Positions 60,932-64,000 of a stretch of DNA of 64,000 nt are shown here, piece after piece. Numbering within the stretch: the stretch's first letter is position 1; the number at the start of each line of letters is the position of its first letter. The stretch is from assembly GCA_963845065.1 (NCBI GenBank), contig CAWJQQ010000009.1, positions 448,001 to 512,000 of the forward strand, in the 5' to 3' direction. The notes under the pieces are model-generated. The model was not told the DNA's origin. It saw only the letters and a program-made list of their open reading frames with translations, and ran no database searches. Position numbers and translations under genes: made by a program. Source of the stretch: Nitrospirota bacterium. GTDB taxonomy: Bacteria; Nitrospirota; UBA9217.

Positions 60932-60994
60932 ATGGCAGCCAAGAAGAAAGCGAAGAAGAAGGCAACCAAGAAGAAAGCCACCAAAAAGAAGTAG
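60932..60994 (+). CDS. Histone H1-like lysine-rich micro-protein (20 aa)
   Basis: MAAKKKAKKKATKKKATKKK*; SD GAAAGGGGGTG upstream; Lys codons vary AAG/AAA. Confidence 0.75.
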   Translation: MAAKKKAKKKATKKKATKKK

Positions 60995-61025
60995 TTTTTA
61001 TTCCATAGTGTCCCTGCAGTGGGGC

Positions 61026-61058
61026 CCGCCGGGGGCATTCGAGCCCCCGGCGCATTTC
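61026..61058 (+). terminator. Strong GC hairpin between the two micro-ORFs
   Basis: CGCCGGGGGC-ATTCGA-GCCCCCGGCG, short T tract. Confidence 0.5.
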
Positions 61059-61148
61059 AAGGCTTGATCATGTTTTACTATTCGTAGAGTGTTCTCATTC
61101 ATCATTGTTTATCCGAATATCCCACTGTGGAAAGGGGGTGATGTATTC

Positions 61149-61208
61149 ATGGCGACAAAGAAGGCTCCGGCTAAAAAGGCGAAAAAAACCACTACTAAAA
61201 AGAAATAA
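61149..61208 (+). CDS. Histone H1-like lysine-rich micro-protein (19 aa)
   Basis: MATKKAPAKKAKKTTTKKK*; same SD GAAAGGGGGTG upstream. Confidence 0.75.
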   Translation: MATKKAPAKKAKKTTTKKK

Positions 61209-61254
61209 CAAGTGTGCAATGATGACGTACTATGATAGTGCCATCTGCAACTCT

Positions 61255-61287
61255 ACCACGAAGCAGGTCTTCGTGGTTTTGTTTTTA
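61255..61287 (+). terminator. Rho-independent terminator after the second micro-ORF
   Basis: ACCACGAAG-CAGGT-CTTCGTGGT followed by TTTGTTTTT. Confidence 0.7.
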
Positions 61288-61331
61288 GAAAACACTTTTC
61301 AATTCGAACTAACTCGGCTAGAATATGTTCA

Positions 61332-61673
61332 ATGAGACAACGAATCATGCGTAAACGGAATACCCTAAAATCTGATAGAAAGTTCTGGGGTTCTCACGGC
61401 AGGAAACTGATCGTTGCTGCCGCCATCCTTCTCGCTCTGTATCTCACTGCAAACTTAATCTTTGGTGAGATGGGTATAATCAAGTACTTAAGAATGATGG
61501 CGCAGTATAACGCACTCACACAAGACATCGCAACGCTTAACCTGGACAATATGAAACTAGCGCGCGAGGTCCGCGAGCTGAAGACCGATCCCAACTATAT
61601 TGAGCAAATTGCCCGGGATAAACTCGGACTTGCGCGTCAAGGTGAGATAGTGTACTATTATGACGAGCCCTGA
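61332..61673 (+). CDS. ftsB: Septum formation initiator FtsB/DivIC family
   Basis: TM helix, FGEMG, coiled coil, DPNYIEQIARDKLGL...GE. Confidence 0.85.
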   Translation: MRQRIMRKRNTLKSDRKFWGSHGRKLIVAAAILLALYLTANLIFGEMGIIKYLRMMAQYNALTQDIATLNLDNMKLAREVRELKTDPNYIEQIARDKLGLARQGEIVYYYDEP

Positions 61674-61805
61674 GAGTTAGAAACCCAGAATGCTCAACTG
61701 GATTTTTTCCACTGAATCGATGCACATTACGGTATTGATGAATTTTTGTTGTGTGCTTACAAGACGAATGCAGGGATGAGAATATCAATCTAGTCCCCCT
61801 TTGCC

Positions 61806-64000
61806 ATGTCGAACGATCCTCTCTCTATAGCCTTTGTATGGCACATGCATCAGCCCTACTATAAGGATGACATTACCGGTTCCTATATACTTCCTTGGGT
61901 CAGACTGCACGGGATCAAGGATTATTATGACATGCCCTCGCTCTTGACCGACTTTCCTGGGATTCACCAGACATTCAATCTAGTTCCTTCGCTGCTCAAG
62001 CAAATCTGCGATTACGTCGAGAATGGTGCCGTTGACAAATTCCTGGACCTGACGCTCAAACCGGCTGCGGAGCTTGAACGCGAGGATAAACTGTTCTTGC
62101 TCAAAAACTCCTTCATGGCGAACTGGGACACTATGATAAGACCCTATCCTTCATACTGGATGCTGCTCGACCGCAGGGGCTACAGCGTTTCTCCCAACGA
62201 TCTCGATAATGCAACACGGTATTTTACAACCCAGGATTATCTGGATTTGCAGGTTTGGTTCAATCTGACCTGGTTTGATCCTTCATTTAAACAGACCGAC
62301 ACTTTTCTCAAAGGCTTGATCCGAAAAGGCTCTGGTTTTTCCGAGAACGAAAAAAGGCTTCTCATTCAAAAACAGCGCGAGATTATGGCGCTGATAATAC
62401 CGGTTTACAAGCAGTTGACGCAGGCGGGCAGGATAGAGTTGACGACGACACCTTTTTATCATCCGATTCTCCCTCTCCTGTTTGATACAGATCTTGCAAA
62501 GGTGGCAGTGCCCGACATACGTCTGCCGACAAAACGGTTTGTCCACCCCGAGGACGCCAAAGTCCAGGTCGAACGCGCGCTTGCTTATCACGAGAACCTG
62601 TTCGGCACACGTCCTTCCGGAATGTGGCCGGCCGAGGGCTCGGTTGCCGAAGAAATCATTCCTCTCCTTGCTGATTCCGGCATCAAGTGGATCGGTTCGG
62701 ATGAAGGGGTGCTGGGCCGCTCTCTCGGCGTCCATATTGATCGGGACTTTGCCGGCGTAATGAAGAACCCTGCCGTGCTTTATAAACCTTATCTGGTTGG
62801 CAAGGGAGATAAACGCATCTCGATTGTATTCCGCGATCATACAATCTCCGATCTAATCGGGTTCGTCTATTCCAAGTGGGATTACAAAAACGCTGTCCAT
62901 GATCTTATCGACCGGATGCACCGGGTACGCCGGGAACTTTCCGACGGCCCCCATCTCGTGTCGATCATTCTCGACGGCGAGAACGCCTGGGAGTACTATC
63001 AAAACGATGGCAGGGATTTTTTTCTGTATCTCTACGAACGCCTAAGCGGGGAACAGGGACTAAGGTGCGTGACGGTAGGGGAATATCTACAGGAGCATCC
63101 GGCGCAGGACGTTATTGACAGCCTCCATGCGGGTTCATGGATAAACGCTAACTTCCGCGTCTGGATCGGGCATGAAGAAGACAATCGAGCCTGGGACCTC
63201 CTTGCTCAAACGCGAGAGGCCCTGACGGCTTATGCCAGCGAAAACGCGGACCCCGAGAAACTAGCGCTTGCATGGGAAGAGATCTATATCGCGGAGGGGA
63301 GCGACTGGTGCTGGTGGTACGGGGACGACCATTATTCCGATAATGACGCGGAGTTCGATCTTCTTTTCAGAACGCACCTGATAAATGTTTACCGGATTAT
63401 CGGCCTCGATATTCCCGATGAACTCCAGATATCCATTTTGCGTGAGGACCGGCAGGCGCTGCCCACAGTCGAGCTCACAGCTTTCATTTCTCCGACGATC
63501 GATGGCCAGGTAACGAATTATTTCGAATGGCTTTCAGCTGGCTTCTATGATGTAAGTCAGGGCGGTGGAGCAATGCATCGGGGGGCATCGATTATAACGC
63601 ACATCTATTATGGGTTTGACCTTAAGAACATGTTCCTCCGTATCGATCCAAGTTGGAGCTTGAAGGACGAAAAGGTTTCCGAACTTGCTTTTTTTGTTAA
63701 TTTCCTCAATCCAAAGAATATGGATGTGGAAATCCGAATTTCACCTCAGGAACGGCGCGTGATTGCAGCGCTCTTCAGGCGGGATAATGGAAATCGTCAA
63801 CAGACGGCGGCGATCAACACTGTCGCAGCCAATGAAATCATTGAACTCGCCGTTCCCTTCGAACTGCTGGGAGTCAAGCAGAATGATGAGCTCCAGCTAT
63901 TTGTAACGGTTGAGCGTTCGGGGTCTGAAATTGAGAAGTGGCCCTACCGCGGCTACATCCAGCTTAAAGTTCCGACCGACGATTTCGAGGCCATGATGTG
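61806..64000 (+). CDS. Glycoside hydrolase family 57 (amylopullulanase-like), partial (runs off window end)
   Basis: Not in ORF track. MSNDPLSIAFVWHMHQPYY, PWVRLH, TFNLVPSL, YHPILPL, nucleophile WPAEGS, acid/base ILDGENAWE, AEGSDWCWW. Confidence 0.93.
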   Translation, partial: MSNDPLSIAFVWHMHQPYYKDDITGSYILPWVRLHGIKDYYDMPSLLTDFPGIHQTFNLVPSLLKQICDYVENGAVDKFLDLTLKPAAELEREDKLFLLKNSFMANWDTMIRPYPSYWMLLDRRGYSVSPNDLDNATRYFTTQDYLDLQVWFNLTWFDPSFKQTDTFLKGLIRKGSGFSENEKRLLIQKQREIMALIIPVYKQLTQAGRIELTTTPFYHPILPLLFDTDLAKVAVPDIRLPTKRFVHPEDAKVQVERALAYHENLFGTRPSGMWPAEGSVAEEIIPLLADSGIKWIGSDEGVLGRSLGVHIDRDFAGVMKNPAVLYKPYLVGKGDKRISIVFRDHTISDLIGFVYSKWDYKNAVHDLIDRMHRVRRELSDGPHLVSIILDGENAWEYYQNDGRDFFLYLYERLSGEQGLRCVTVGEYLQEHPAQDVIDSLHAGSWINANFRVWIGHEEDNRAWDLLAQTREALTAYASENADPEKLALAWEEIYIAEGSDWCWWYGDDHYSDNDAEFDLLFRTHLINVYRIIGLDIPDELQISILREDRQALPTVELTAFISPTIDGQVTNYFEWLSAGFYDVSQGGGAMHRGASIITHIYYGFDLKNMFLRIDPSWSLKDEKVSELAFFVNFLNPKNMDVEIRISPQERRVIAALFRRDNGNRQQTAAINTVAANEIIELAVPFELLGVKQNDELQLFVTVERSGSEIEKWPYRGYIQLKVPTDDFEAMM

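Noticed and set aside
61105..61335. 76 aa ORF in the track
   Set aside because: A different frame over the 19 aa micro-ORF, which has the SD; it also runs through a terminator.
1..64000. CRISPR array or cas genes
   Set aside because: No regularly spaced direct repeats seen. The only Cas12-related protein is inside an IS607.

Overview
A 64 kb bacterial chromosomal window, mostly minus-strand housekeeping genes. The gene set suggests a Nitrospirota/Desulfobacterota-like anaerobe or microaerophile; this is inference. Core content: rsmI, glutamine-dependent nadE, larB/larC, gpsA, an lsrF-like aldolase with a Zn-dehydrogenase, a P-type ATPase, a GspF/GspE/pseudopilin trio, an HDAC, amrA, ispB, trpS, tRNA-Ala(CGC), purN and a frameshifted purM, a complete A2-type cytochrome c oxidase operon (sco-I-III-IV-II(c)-heme O synthase), a CLC channel, fadD/fadI/fadJ-like genes, a DEAD-box helicase, ftsB and a GH57. 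Mobile DNA: a decayed IS1380 with TIRs and TSD, an intact IS607 (serine recombinase + Zn-ribbon-less TnpB) with definable ends, a decayed unclassified IS, and four IS200/IS605 right-end/TnpB relics. Most notable: (1) a wHTH-MNT/HEPN pair in which both catalytic motifs are substituted, followed by two unannotated 19-20 aa histone-H1-like K/A/T micro-ORFs that share a strong SD; (2) an orphan, collinear, covarying copy of the IS607 omegaRNA/right end 10.5 kb from the intact element, with a different guide; (3) a c-di-GMP-I-like riboswitch with terminator between a Zn-ribbon HD-GYP gene and a CBS gene.
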